Shown: positions 10,983 through 21,418 of the stretch, piece after piece
Position numbering within the stretch: the first letter of the stretch is position 1
Layout of the letters: every line of letters starts with the position of its first letter
Source of the DNA: an uncultured Verrucomicrobiae bacterium
GTDB taxonomy: Bacteria; Verrucomicrobiota; Verrucomicrobiia; Palsa-1439
Assembly (NCBI GenBank): GCA_963812605.1
Contig: CAWEWF010000008.1
Span: forward strand, 32,001-96,000
Length of the DNA: 64,000 nucleotides
Reading direction: 5' to 3'
The notes under the pieces: generated by a model
The model's input: the letters and a program-made list of their open reading frames with translations, nothing else
Databases searched by the model: none
Told to the model about the DNA's origin: nothing
Translations under genes and position numbers: made by a program

Positions 10983-11195
10983 TCAGGAACGTTTTTTCAG
11001 CAGTGGTAGTTTAGATCTTCGAGATATGATTACAACTCCGCTCGCTCGAACATCTGGCACGTTAGCAGGATAAAAACGATCGTTGAGTTCCTTCGCGGCC
11101 CGGAGTCGTTGCTCAGGCGTCATGGAAATCTGCTGCTGGATGTCCCATTCCTCGGCTTCCTCGAACCCCTTCGCCCTGTGGACAACTCGTTCCAT
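10983..11195 (-). CDS. Small hypothetical protein
   Basis: 70 aa, FEEAEEWDIQQQISMTPEQRL; CATAAT 6 nt upstream of ATG. Confidence 0.6.
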   Translation of the reverse strand: MERVVHRAKGFEEAEEWDIQQQISMTPEQRLRAAKELNDRFYPANVPDVRASGVVIISRRSKLPLLKKRS

Positions 11196-11234
11196 TCCAA
11201 TATTATGCCTGAAATCAGAGCGACAAGCAAGTCG

Positions 11235-11531
11235 CTAGGTCGTCCAAAACACTTCCCCGTACTTCACACTCGTACGCGGCTCGGCCATCATCGGGGCGAC
11301 GGTGTCACGCCACTTCGCGTAGTGCGCGGTCTCCTTGTGCTGCGCGGGCGCGTCGGTAGTGCGATACACTTCCACCAACACGAAGCGCGTGGGATCGTCG
11401 GCTTGCTGCGCCACGTCGAAGCGGGCGATGCCGGGTTCCTTCACGCTCTCGCGGGCGTTTTCAATTGTCGCCGCGCGGAAGGCTTCGACGCAATCCGCTT
11501 TTACGTGGACGTGAACATGAACGATCAACAT
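11235..11531 (-). CDS. Antibiotic biosynthesis monooxygenase / LsrG-like dimeric alpha-beta barrel protein
   Basis: MLIVHVHV...EPGIARFDV...F.LVEVY...[12 protein letters not shown]. Confidence 0.88.
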   Translation of the reverse strand: MLIVHVHVHVKADCVEAFRAATIENARESVKEPGIARFDVAQQADDPTRFVLVEVYRTTDAPAQHKETAHYAKWRDTVAPMMAEPRTSVKYGEVFWTT

Positions 11532-11595
11532 ACTGTGTCTCTTCAACCAACCGATGCGTGAGCGTATTATATTGCGAAGTCTTGGGCAAGATGTT

Positions 11596-11656
11596 GGTGG
11601 CACAGGCGTCCCTGCCTGTGTGGGGCTTGCGACAGGCAGGGACGCCTGTCGCCACC
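11596..11656. repeat. REP-like inverted pair, family A
   Basis: GGTGGCACAGGCGTCCCTGCCTGT ... ACAGGCAGGGACGCCTGTCGCCACC; 31 bp identical to 30516-30546. Confidence 0.85.
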
Positions 11657-11769
11657 GGGCCCGTTTGGGCCTGCCCAACACTCTAGCCACACCCTTCTGA
11701 GAACGTTCCATTTGACAACCAATTCGCTCTCCTTCATCCTGCGCGCGAAGCGAAAGGCGCAGAACGTTC

Positions 11770-12354
11770 ATGGCTTACACCGAACAACAACTCCGCGACA
11801 TCCTCAAACGCGGCGAGACCGACCAGGTCGAACTGAAGGCCGAGGTCCGCGACGCCGGCTTGCTCTCCCGCATCATCTCCGGCTTCGCCAACGGCAGCGG
11901 CGGCCTGATTGTGATCGGCGCGCAATCCCCCAGCCATATTCCCGGCTGCGACCGCAAACAACTGGCTCCCGTTTATGATGCCGCGCGCAAGCAGTTGAAC
12001 CAAACGCAGGTCGGCTCGCTGGAATTCGCCCCGCTCGACGGCAAAGAGGTCGGCTTGATCAAGGTCGACAAGTCCGACAAGCTCGTCGCTTCCACTTCCG
12101 GCGTGTACGTGCGCAAGGGCAGCGGCACCCTGTCGATGACCGCCGACCAGATCTTCGGCAAGGCCGCCCAGAGCGGGGACACTTCCATCCGCAACCTGTC
12201 CAATCTGATCTACGACCAGATGGTCACGATCGACAAGCTTCGCCGGACGCTGGAAGAAAAGCATTCTTGGAAATCGAAAGCCACGGACTTCGCCATCTCC
12301 GGCATCGTCGGCGCTGTCCTCGGCGTCGCTCTCTCCAAAATACTCTTGAAGTGA
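11770..12354 (+). CDS. Schlafen/AlbA_2-domain protein with C-terminal TM helix
   Basis: GETDQVELK...[15 protein letters not shown]...VYVRKG; ends [21 protein letters not shown]; TTGACA upstream. Confidence 0.75.
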   Translation: MAYTEQQLRDILKRGETDQVELKAEVRDAGLLSRIISGFANGSGGLIVIGAQSPSHIPGCDRKQLAPVYDAARKQLNQTQVGSLEFAPLDGKEVGLIKVDKSDKLVASTSGVYVRKGSGTLSMTADQIFGKAAQSGDTSIRNLSNLIYDQMVTIDKLRRTLEEKHSWKSKATDFAISGIVGAVLGVALSKILLK

Positions 12355-12370
12355 CACGCCTTTTATCGCA

Positions 12371-12439
12371 TGGAGGGCCACGCTCCGTCGTGGCCGTCTG
12401 GGGTCATTAGTAACGGACGCGACGGAGCGCGTCCCTCCA
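12371..12439. repeat. REP-like inverted pair, family B
   Basis: TGGAGGGCCACGCTCCGTCGTGGCC ... GGACGCGACGGAGCGCGTCCCTCCA. Confidence 0.8.
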
Positions 12440-12514
12440 ACCGGTAAATTGAGACACCACGGCCTCCGCGAAAAAGTTTCGCGGCTACAAACGTGAGAGG
12501 CTACACTCCCGACC

Positions 12515-13432
12515 ATGCATGTCTTCCTGCTGCGGCGGGTCGGGTCGCTGGTGGTGGCGCTGTTTGTCGCCAGCATCGCGGTCTTCCTGCTCGTGCGCGC
12601 GGTGCCGGGGGACCCGGCGCGGCTGCTCCTGAAAAACCCGACGCCGGAAAAGATCGCGGCGATTCACCAACGGCTCGCCCTCGACCGGCCCCTGCCAGTG
12701 CAATATTGGATCTGGCTCAAGAATGCGCTCGGTCACGGAAGTTTTGGCGAGTCGGTCGTCACGGGCCGCGATGTCAAAGAAGACCTGGCGCGGACCTGGC
12801 CCGCGACGATTGAGCTGGCCGTCGTGGCCTTGCTGATCGCCACGGTCGCCGGGGTGTGGCTCGGGATTTTCTGCGCGCGCCACGCGGGCACGTGGAAGGA
12901 TGCGCTGGGAACAACCCTAAGTCTCGTCGGTCTCAGTGTGCCGGTCTTCTGGCTGGGACTGCTCGCGATGTTGCTGTTCTCGCTGGAACTCGGCTGGCTG
13001 CCGGCGGGGGAACGCGGCGGGATCGATCATCTTATTCTACCATCACTCGTGCTGGCGACGATCCCGGCGGCGTTCATCGCGCGCGTCGCGCGGACAGCCG
13101 TGCTGGAAACGCTGGGCCAGGATTTTATCCGCACCGCCCGGGCCAAGGGCGCCACCGAGCGAACAGTTCTCTATCGCCATGCGCTCCGCGCGGCGCTGGT
13201 TCCCATCGTGACGATGATCGGGGTCGAGTTCGCGTACCTGCTGGGGGGCGCGGTATTGACCGAGACAGTGTTCGCGTGGCCGGGCATCGGGCGTTACATC
13301 GCCACCGCCGTGCTGGCGCGCGACTATCCGGCGATTCAAGGCGCGCTGCTCGTGTTGGTGGCCATGGTGATGCTCGCAAATTTCGCGGTGGACATCGCGC
13401 ACCACGCGCTCGATCCGAAATTACGGCGATGA
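12515..13432 (+). CDS. dppB: Peptide/nickel ABC transporter permease (DppB/OppB family)
   Basis: PGDPA, LDRPLPVQY, FIRTARAKG, ETVFAWPGIG, RDYP. Confidence 0.9.
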   Translation: MHVFLLRRVGSLVVALFVASIAVFLLVRAVPGDPARLLLKNPTPEKIAAIHQRLALDRPLPVQYWIWLKNALGHGSFGESVVTGRDVKEDLARTWPATIELAVVALLIATVAGVWLGIFCARHAGTWKDALGTTLSLVGLSVPVFWLGLLAMLLFSLELGWLPAGERGGIDHLILPSLVLATIPAAFIARVARTAVLETLGQDFIRTARAKGATERTVLYRHALRAALVPIVTMIGVEFAYLLGGAVLTETVFAWPGIGRYIATAVLARDYPAIQGALLVLVAMVMLANFAVDIAHHALDPKLRR

Positions 13433-14229
13433 AATCGAGAAACTCACTGCTTGGGATCGGTTCCACGATGCTCGCCGTCGTGGTCCTTGCCGCGGCGCTG
13501 GCGGGCGCGATCTCCCCGCACGGGCCGACGGAACAAATCTATCGCGACTTCGCCCTTGCGCCGCCTTCATCGACGCACTGGGTGGGTGTGGATGGAGTGG
13601 GCCGCGATGTGCTGACGCGGCTGCTGTACGGCGCACGGGCGACGCTGGGCATTGCGTTGGGGGCCACGGCGATTGCAGTCCTGCTGGGGACCTTGCTGGG
13701 AGCGGCTGCGGGCGTGCTGGAAGGTTGGTTCGATGCGGTCGTCAGTCACGTGACGGATTTCCTGTTGGCGTTCCCGTCGATCTTGTTGGGGCTCGTGGCG
13801 CTGACAATCCTCTCCCCATCACCCACGAGCGTCGCCATCGCGGTGGGCATTGCGAGCCTGCCAACCGTCGTGCGCCAGATCCGCGCGGCGTTTGTATCGG
13901 AAAACGCGAAGGAATATGTGCTGGCGGCGCGGGCCACCGGCGCGGGTCGCTGGCGCATCGCCATCCTGGAGATCCTGCCGAATTGCGCGGGACTGATTCT
14001 CGTGCTGACCACGCTCACGCTGGGTAGCGCCGTGCTCGAAGCCGCCGGGCTGGCGTTTCTCGGGTTGACGGGCCAACCCGACGTGCCTGAGTGGGGCATG
14101 ATGTTGCGCGAAGAACGCAGCACGTTCCGCATCGCGCCCTGGCTCTGTGTCGCGCCCGGCCTGGCCATCACCTGGACCGTCTTGTCCTTCAATCTCATCA
14201 GCGACGGCCTGCGCCAGCGCTGGCCGTGA
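13429..14229 (+). CDS. dppC: Peptide/nickel ABC transporter permease (DppC/OppC family)
   Basis: HWVGVDGVGRD, EYVLAARATG, ILPN, PEWG; ATGA overlap with dppB. Confidence 0.9.
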   Translation: MKSRNSLLGIGSTMLAVVVLAAALAGAISPHGPTEQIYRDFALAPPSSTHWVGVDGVGRDVLTRLLYGARATLGIALGATAIAVLLGTLLGAAAGVLEGWFDAVVSHVTDFLLAFPSILLGLVALTILSPSPTSVAIAVGIASLPTVVRQIRAAFVSENAKEYVLAARATGAGRWRIAILEILPNCAGLILVLTTLTLGSAVLEAAGLAFLGLTGQPDVPEWGMMLREERSTFRIAPWLCVAPGLAITWTVLSFNLISDGLRQRWP

Positions 14230-14326
14230 ACGGTCTCGTGAATCCGGTTGTCGAATCCAATTGTAAAACCCAAGTGCTGAATTATAGTGGATCCAGGAGC
14301 AAGGATGTCAGCCGACGGAGGAACCT

Positions 14327-15155
14327 ATGAAAGAAAAAAGTCGAACGACCCATCTCATTACCCGGAGGCTGCGACTGTTCTTCGTGGCCTGCGCACTGGC
14401 AGGTCTTGGGGCTTTCTCCGCGCGAGCGGCGGATGTGAAGCCGACCGAGGCCAAGCCCGTCATCGATCCGTCAGCGGACAAATTCCTGAAGCGCATGGGC
14501 GACTATCTGGCCCAGGCCCCCTTCTTTTCGGTGAATGCGGAAATCTGGCAGGACGTGCAGGCTCGGTTCCGGACAGCAGGTCCAGGCCGGTCGCACCGTC
14601 GACCTGCAGGTACGCCGTCCCGACCGCCTCCATGCCGAAGTGCGCTCCACCCGCCGCAATCGCGGGCTGTTCTACGACGGGAAGTCGATCACCCTGCTCA
14701 ACCGCGTCCAGAATTTCTACGGCAGCATTCCCGCGCCGGCTTCGCTTGACCAGGCGCTGGATACCGCCAGTGAACGCTTCGGGATCGCCATGCCGCTTGA
14801 GGACCTGGTCGTCAGCGATCCCTACCAAAGCGCCATGCAGAAGATCGTTTCGGGGCGCGACATTGGGCCGGTGACGGTCCTGGGCACTCCTTGCGAGCAC
14901 CTCGCCTTTTCGTTGGGCGCGGTCGATTGGCAAATCTGGATCGAGGACGGAATGAAGCCCGTGCCCCGCAAAATTGTGATCACCTACAAGGACGAGGAAG
15001 GCACGCCGGAATACACGGCGATTTTCTCCCACTGGGATTTCCAAACCAAACTGCCAGATTTCCTCTTCACCTTCGAGCCGCCGGCGGGGGCCTCGAAGAT
15101 CGACGTGGCGGAGATCAAATCCGAAAACCAGTCGCATAACAAAGAGGGCAAATAA
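14327..15155 (+). CDS. DUF2092-family periplasmic protein (frame break near 14560)
   Basis: Signal peptide; VRRPDRL, FYDGKS, CEHLAF..VDWQIWI..G..PVPRK. Confidence 0.8.
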
Positions 15156-15157
15156 CC

Positions 15158-15931
15158 ATGAGATTTGCCAAAACTGATTCCAGCCAGAAAATCATGGTCG
15201 GCCTCGCGACGCTTTTGTTTGCGTTGCCGCTCCTCTACGCCCAACAGCGTCAGCAACAGGGCGGTCGCCCCGAGCCCGCACAGCGAGCCGAACCAGCGCG
15301 GAGCGAACCCGCGCGCGCTCCCGTGCAACGCAGCCAGCCCGTGTTCGTCAACCGTGACAATCATGGAAGTATTCGCCACGTGGACACGCATGTCGTCGAG
15401 CAACCTTTTCAACGCCCTGTCCAGCGGCCCATCGAAACGCGGCCTGGTTTTGACAACCACCACGATGTCTTCGTGCATCACGATGTGGACGTGGACTTCC
15501 ACCGTCCCCGCTTCTGGCACGATTTTCGGTATGGCGCGCGGTTCGGTGTGCTGCCCGTGGGCTATCTATCGCTCTCGGTGGGCGGTTCGCCTTACTTCTA
15601 CGACGACGGCGTCTACTACCAGTCGGCGGATGATGGCGGCTATCAGGAAGTCTACCCGCCGGTCGGCGCGGACGTTCCCGACTTGCCGGATGGCGCGGTC
15701 GAAATCGACGCGGGCGGCCAGGCCTACTACTACGCTGGCGGCGCGTTTTATGTGCAGACGGATAACGGATACAACGTCGCGCCGACACCGATCGGCGTCA
15801 CGGTGCCGGAGTTGCCCCCCGGCGCCATTCAAGTGGCGGTCAACGGCGGCATCGCGTATCAATTCAACGGGATCTACTACCGCCCCGTGTTCGTGGACGG
15901 CGTGACCCAATATATGACCTTCATGCCCTGA
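15158..15931 (+). CDS. DUF6515-like exported protein
   Basis: Signal peptide, Q/R/P-rich linker, three repeats of LPxG...YYYxxGxxY. Confidence 0.75.
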   Translation: MRFAKTDSSQKIMVGLATLLFALPLLYAQQRQQQGGRPEPAQRAEPARSEPARAPVQRSQPVFVNRDNHGSIRHVDTHVVEQPFQRPVQRPIETRPGFDNHHDVFVHHDVDVDFHRPRFWHDFRYGARFGVLPVGYLSLSVGGSPYFYDDGVYYQSADDGGYQEVYPPVGADVPDLPDGAVEIDAGGQAYYYAGGAFYVQTDNGYNVAPTPIGVTVPELPPGAIQVAVNGGIAYQFNGIYYRPVFVDGVTQYMTFMP

Positions 15932-15964
15932 TCAATCCTCCCGCGAGCCGATCCCCTGGCCAAC

Positions 15965-16628
15965 ATGAAAGAACGCAAACCCGGGCGGGGATTTTTTCAA
16001 CGCCGCGAGTGCCTGCTTCCGACCTGGCGAGGATGGTTGGCTGCTGTTGTTTGCCGTCGCGGCGCTGGCGGTATTCAGCGTCCGAGGAGCCTACTCATTC
16101 CTCGCCATCAATGACCCCGTCGCCAACGGCGCGCTCGTGGTGGAAGGATGGCTGCCGGATTACGCGCTCCAGGAAGCGATCACGGAATTCAAGAAAGGTC
16201 ATCACAGCCGGGTTTTCGTGACCGGCGGACCGTTGGACAGTGGCGCGCCGCTATCGGAATACAAAACCTTTGCCGAACTTGGCGCCGCTACGCTGGTGCG
16301 GCTCGGCCTCGATACCAACGCTGTCCAAGCCGTGCCCGCGCCTAAAGTCCGGCTGGATCGCACCTACACCTCCGCAGTGGCCTTGAAAAATTGGTTGGTC
16401 GTCAATGGGATTGAGGAAACGAACTTCAACATCATCTCCCTCGGTCCTCACTCCCGGCGAAGCCGGCTTCTCTTCGCAAAGGCCCTGGGTGGGGACTACA
16501 AGGTCGGCATCATCGCCATCGAGAATCAGGACTACGACGCCAAACGCTGGTGGACTTCCAGCGCCGGCGTGCGAACCATGACGGACGAAATCATCGCCTA
16601 CGCGTACACCCGCCTGTCATCACCGTGA
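15965..16628 (+). CDS. YdcF/DUF218 (ElyC/SanA-like) protein (frame break near 16040)
   Basis: RRECLLPTWRGW, LVVEGW, VTGG, RTYTSA, HSRRS. Confidence 0.78.
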
Positions 16629-16753
16629 GGTGCCTGTCGCCACGACATTGGCTTACAGACTGTTGGAGCAACACGTCAGGAAAGACACAGGCAATCACCC
16701 AGCACGCTAAAGATGCGGTGATATCGGCGGTTCAAGTGCTACGAAACACAGCA

Positions 16754-17821
16754 CTATGGCGGCGGCGCAATCGACTGGCGATTAATGATTTCCACCGGAA
16801 AAACACGGTGTTGAATCCGCGCCCCGTCGTTGAGGTTTTGCAAATGCGTCGCCAGCAATTCAATCGCCGCCCGACCCATCTCCGCGGTGGGTTGACGCAC
16901 GGTCGTCAAGGCGGGCGAAACGCGCGGCGCCCAGCGTGAATCGTCAAATCCCACCACCGACACCTCGTGCGGGCAATCAATCTTGTCCTTCGCCAGCGCA
17001 TCCAAAACCCCAAAAGCAATTTCGTCATCCCCGCAAACGATGGCCGTAGGGCGTTCCGAACACGTTTTCACTTGTTCCCATCCCTGGATTCCCCCCTCGG
17101 TCGTAAAGGTGCCATGAACAACCGCGCGCGGATCGAGGGAAACGTCGTATTCTTTCAGCGCCTTGATAAATCCCTGCTCCCGCTCCCACGCATCGCGAAC
17201 GCCCGTCGGTCCGTTGATCAAGGCCAGCCGTCGATGGCCCAGTTCCAGAAGACGGGCCGTGACGTTATGGGAAGCCAGCAAATTATTGACGCCCACGGTG
17301 CTGACGTGAACATCCGACAGATCGACATGCGCCGGGAGACTGCCCCCCATGATGACGATCGGCCGCGCCAGGTCTTCGAGCTTGACCAGTTGGCGGACCG
17401 AGAGCGGCTTGGCCATGTAAAATATGGCCCCCGCGCCGATGGCCACACGGCGCATTTCCTCCAGGATATCGACATCGTTCGGGTCGACGAGGGCCACCCG
17501 GGTCTCGGTCTCCCATTCACGGGACGCGGCGACCACACCCGAGAGAACCGCGCCATAAAACTCACTGACGAAAGCGCCCGTTTCGAAAGGTAACAGCGCT
17601 GTAATCAAATGGACTTTCGGCTTGCGCATCAACTGGGCAGCCGGATGCGGCACGTAATTTACCTGGCGCGCCGTCTCGCGAATTTTTGCTCGCAAATCGG
17701 GCGCTACTTTGTCGCTGGTTTCTTTGCCGAGGGCTCGCGACACGGTGGAGATTGAAACATTTAGTTTCTCCGCGATGTCCTTGAGTCGCATGGTTCCAAA
17801 CTCTTTCATAGTAGGCTCCAT
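16754..17821 (-). CDS. LacI-family transcriptional regulator
   Basis: RLKDIAEKLNVSISTVSRAL HTH; LGHRR, DEIAFG, VVGFDD, LTTVRQP; start may be 17821, 17809 or 17791. Confidence 0.95.
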   Translation of the reverse strand: MEPTMKEFGTMRLKDIAEKLNVSISTVSRALGKETSDKVAPDLRAKIRETARQVNYVPHPAAQLMRKPKVHLITALLPFETGAFVSEFYGAVLSGVVAASREWETETRVALVDPNDVDILEEMRRVAIGAGAIFYMAKPLSVRQLVKLEDLARPIVIMGGSLPAHVDLSDVHVSTVGVNNLLASHNVTARLLELGHRRLALINGPTGVRDAWEREQGFIKALKEYDVSLDPRAVVHGTFTTEGGIQGWEQVKTCSERPTAIVCGDDEIAFGVLDALAKDKIDCPHEVSVVGFDDSRWAPRVSPALTTVRQPTAEMGRAAIELLATHLQNLNDGARIQHRVFPVEIINRQSIAPPP

Positions 17822-17829
17822 GGCCGCGC

Positions 17830-17858
17830 ATTATGACCAATGCAACAAACGATTGCAA
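17830..17858 (-). promoter_or_regulatory. lacI promoter overlapped by operator O1 (17844-17857)
   Basis: Minus strand TTGCAA-17bp-CATAAT; AACAAACGATTGCA covers the -35/spacer, suggesting autorepression. Confidence 0.65.
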
Positions 17859-17982
17859 GCAGAACCTTTTGTTTGCAGCCGATAATTTGCAGAAATTCTG
17901 TGCACACTGCAAGCCCCAATGCTATTTGGACATAGAACTAAATTATAGCATCCAGCAAAATAGAAGAAAATTGCGATAGTTG

Positions 17983-18016
17983 TTGACACTCTTTCCAGTC
18001 TATGCAATCATTTGCA
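17983..18016 (+). promoter_or_regulatory. Promoter with operator O2 (18003-18016)
   Basis: TTGACA-N14-TGCAATCATTTGCA. Confidence 0.8.
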
Positions 18017-18078
18017 TAGTCGATGGGAACCAGTTTCGAGTTTCAATGAGCACACATCCAGAAGGGAGACCGCGTGGT

Positions 18079-19072
18079 ATGGAGAAGCGTGTTATGGGAA
18101 TGATTTGGCGACTGTGTGTTGCCTTGGTCGCATTTACTTTCACTGCAATCGCAGTCAATGCACAAATAATCAATGGTGGCTTCGAAACCGCGGGGACGAA
18201 CTATACGTTCCCCGATGCGGGGGACGGCGCGTTCCCCATCATCTCGAACACTTTTGCTCAGAATTGGAATCCAAACGGGTCGTATGTCGCCCGTACGGCA
18301 ACCAATAGTCCGCAGCAGGGCAGCTATGAGGAAGCAGGAGGAATTGGTCAAGACTGGTACGGCATTAACCAGTCAGGCACCAATGTCTCTCCAGGCGGCC
18401 CTCTTGCCTTCCCCGTTACATCCCGCAGCGGTCAGTACTCCCTGCGAACCTTCGGCCCCTTCGGCGCCACTTGCTGTGCTGGCTCCGGGGCGGTCCAACT
18501 CCTCTCCAGCAATCAAAATGCGGCGGTCAGCAATAATACGGTTTGGGTGGTGAGCGGCTATGGCTTCAATTGGTCGGGCGATCCGCTGAATCGACGTGGG
18601 AGTAGGAACCGTTGGGTTCGGGCTGATTCAGGTTGCCTTTTACGATGTCACAAACGGGCTTATTGGTATACCGATCGATGGCCCGCATCTTGACACGAAC
18701 ACCGCGATGAACACTTGGATAAGCTGTTCAGTAACCGGAACCGCGCCTGCGGGAACGGTTTCGGTTGGGGCTTGGGCGTTGCACGTCGGTATGGAGGGAG
18801 CCTACGGTTCGATGTTCTGGGATGATATGACCATTACCAATATCGGCGTCGCCCTGCCTCCACCGCCCATTGTAACCAACCAATTCCAGGCCGTCATTCA
18901 AACAGGCAACGAGATTTGTTTCCCCACGATCACCACCGCCTCCTATCAGGCGCAGTCGAGCGATGACGGTTCGACATGGTCGAACATTACCGCACTGACG
19001 CCGGGCGATGGCAATACGGATTGCGTTTTTTCCGTCACCCATAAGTTCTACCGTGTGTCGATATCGCAGTAA
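18079..19072 (+). CDS. Exported CBM-like (galactose-binding fold) protein with C-terminal FYR domain (frame break near 18590)
   Basis: GGGAG RBS; signal peptide AVNA-Q; IINGGFE...TAPAGT...FWDD; ends HKFYRVSISQ. Confidence 0.7.
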
Positions 19073-19126
19073 ATTAACAAGGGTTTGGGAATACTGATTA
19101 TGCAAGCAGAAGGGAGATTACGAGGT

Positions 19127-20521
19127 ATGGAGAAGCACCCCGTCACGAACATTTGTCGCTTGGGCGCCGTGTTCATTATCGTCGCGTTGAGCGTCAGCGT
19201 TGCGCGCGCAAATCTACTGTTGAACCCGGGTTTCGAAACGGTGGGGGCGGATCCCAGTAACGCGGCCAATTGGGTTCAGTTCGGCAACGCGACCCTGAAT
19301 GGTACCAATTCCACCACGGTCACGATTCACAGCGGTCTGTACTCAATGTCGGCGGGCTTTACCGCGACCAACGCCCCAGCCGGCTCGGGAGCGTTCCAGG
19401 ATGTTGCGCAAACCGGGCCTCTGACCTACCGGCTTACCGGTTATCTGTTCAACTGGCAAAACGCCAAGTTGATGGGACCGGACGGATACTTCGTGGCGCA
19501 ACTCGCATTTCTTGATTCAAGCTCCAACTTGCTTCAGGCTGTTAGCGAGAGCCCGCACTACGGCTCGACCGCGAACCTGCCGGTCAATACCTGGGTGCCG
19601 TTTGAGGTGGATGCCACCGCCCCCGGAGGGACCGCTGCCGTGCGGACGTATATTATGGCCGTGGGAGATAGTCAGGACTTGGGCACCGTCTTTTATGACG
19701 ACCTGAATCTCTACCAACCGAGTTCATCGAGCACGGCCGGGGTAACCAGCCAGTCGGCAGTTCAAGTCTCCTGGCCCACGTCCACTCAGACCAACGAAAC
19801 CGACTATCAGGTTCAGTACGCGTCGACCCTGGTGTTCACGAATGTGATTAATACTGCTGTGAACGTGATCACCAACAGCAGTTTTGAAACGAATGGTCTG
19901 GCGTGGATACTGCAAGCCGGTTGTTCTTATTCCACCGGCTTGGTTCCCGCCCACACGGGTACCAATACTCTGAAGGAAGTCACCGCCACCACCGGGCTCG
20001 TTCCGGTTACCTATCAATTCTGTGGCCCGATAGTTGCAAATCAGGTCTGGGAGGAGGACGGCTACGCCTACAACTGGTCGGGTGCGCCGATCCACCAGGC
20101 TGGCACCCGGGCCTTGTTGAAGATCGTTTGGCTCGACAGCAACGGTGCCGCCCTCCAGTGCGTGCCAGCCAACCAGGATACCAATCTGGTCGGCAATATT
20201 GAAACAGGCCAGTATCCTGGCATTACGTCACAAATAGAATTGAGCGGCACTTCTCCGCAAAACGTTTGGACATTCTTGCAAGCCAGGGGAACTGCTCCCA
20301 CAAACGCTGTGCAGATACAGCCGTTCTGTATCCTGGTCACCGGCGCCTCGGGCCCGACGGAAACCGTGTTCTTCGACGATATCACCGCGTTTCAACCAGT
20401 GGGGACGGTTGTGCAATGGAATGACCTTGGCCCTCTCTGGCTCGGTACGGGTCTCACCAACCAGGTGTTCGACTTGATCGGCACAAACAAGAACAAGTTC
20501 TACCGCATTATTACTCCGTAA
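19127..20521 (+). CDS. Exported tandem CBM-like protein with split C-terminal FYR domain
   Basis: Signal peptide ARA-N; two NxxFE...TAP...F[YF]DD domains; ends KFYRIITP. Confidence 0.75.
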   Translation: MEKHPVTNICRLGAVFIIVALSVSVARANLLLNPGFETVGADPSNAANWVQFGNATLNGTNSTTVTIHSGLYSMSAGFTATNAPAGSGAFQDVAQTGPLTYRLTGYLFNWQNAKLMGPDGYFVAQLAFLDSSSNLLQAVSESPHYGSTANLPVNTWVPFEVDATAPGGTAAVRTYIMAVGDSQDLGTVFYDDLNLYQPSSSSTAGVTSQSAVQVSWPTSTQTNETDYQVQYASTLVFTNVINTAVNVITNSSFETNGLAWILQAGCSYSTGLVPAHTGTNTLKEVTATTGLVPVTYQFCGPIVANQVWEEDGYAYNWSGAPIHQAGTRALLKIVWLDSNGAALQCVPANQDTNLVGNIETGQYPGITSQIELSGTSPQNVWTFLQARGTAPTNAVQIQPFCILVTGASGPTETVFFDDITAFQPVGTVVQWNDLGPLWLGTGLTNQVFDLIGTNKNKFYRIITP

Positions 20522-20662
20522 GGAGAATGTCCCCGATGGCGTAAAGAATGGAAGGATCATGAACGGCGGTCGGGTATGGCCCGGTGGCAATCGGGTGTGT
20601 AACGGAAACAATGGCACAGCCCGAGTATTCGGAGCAGCAAAGGAGCAGAATCGTGAGATTGC

Positions 20663-21418
20663 ATGGTAAGATTGGAGCGAACGGCGTTCACCTTGATTGA
20701 GTTGTTGGTCGTTATCGCAATCATCGGGATTTTGGCGGCCATGCTGCTGCCCGCGCTGAACAAGGCGCGCGCCAAGGCCAGGACCGCGCTCTGCGTGTCC
20801 AACCTGAAACAAATCGGCGTCGCCATTATCTTGTATGCCGATGACTATGACGATTGCTTTCCGCCGGGATATGAATGGCGGTACTGCGGGATCGGATTGG
20901 CATCTGCTGATCGGACCGTATCTGGCGAAAACGTCAGTGACCTATGCCAAGCGGCACTGTTAGTCCCGGTATTTCTCTGCCCGTCGGCTGTGCTGGCACC
21001 GCCAGCGGGCACAACGATATCCTTGACCTACACCGCTCATCGGGCGATGTTCTGGTGTGCGCCGGTGGCGTGCCACTAAGGAAATTTGCTCACGCGGTAC
21101 AAGCGGGGCCAATGCCAACGGCCCAGCGAAGTCGTGATGGTCTTTGATGGCACCCAGCAATCCATTGATCCCCGTAACATACGATGCCCAGGCCTGTTCG
21201 GATCAACTCCTTGATTCCACTCTCTATTTCGGCGGACCCGGTGCCAACAAGCCCAATCAATGCCGGAGCCTACAGGGCCAAACACCGATGGTGTCACGGG
21301 CCAGATTCGCTGGCGTCACAACAGCAACAACGGCGCTAATTTTCTTTTTGTGGACGGACACGTGGAGACGCTGCTCACCGGGCAGATCTTGCGACGCAGT
21401 TTCTATTACGACAAGTGA
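20663..21418 (+). CDS. Prepilin-type N-terminal methylation / DUF1559 protein with H-X9-DG-like C-terminus (several frame breaks)
   Basis: [46 protein letters not shown]; 3' frame [23 protein letters not shown] at 21416-21418. Confidence 0.85.

Noticed and set aside
12515-14229. dppBC without ATPase or binding protein as a novel transporter
   Set aside because: Split ABC operons are common, and the partners are probably elsewhere in the genome.
20522-20662. Possible riboswitch before the pseudopilin (TCGGGTGTGT...GCACAGCCCGA stem)
   Set aside because: Only one imperfect hairpin and no match to aptamer consensus I can recognise. An Rfam scan would be needed.
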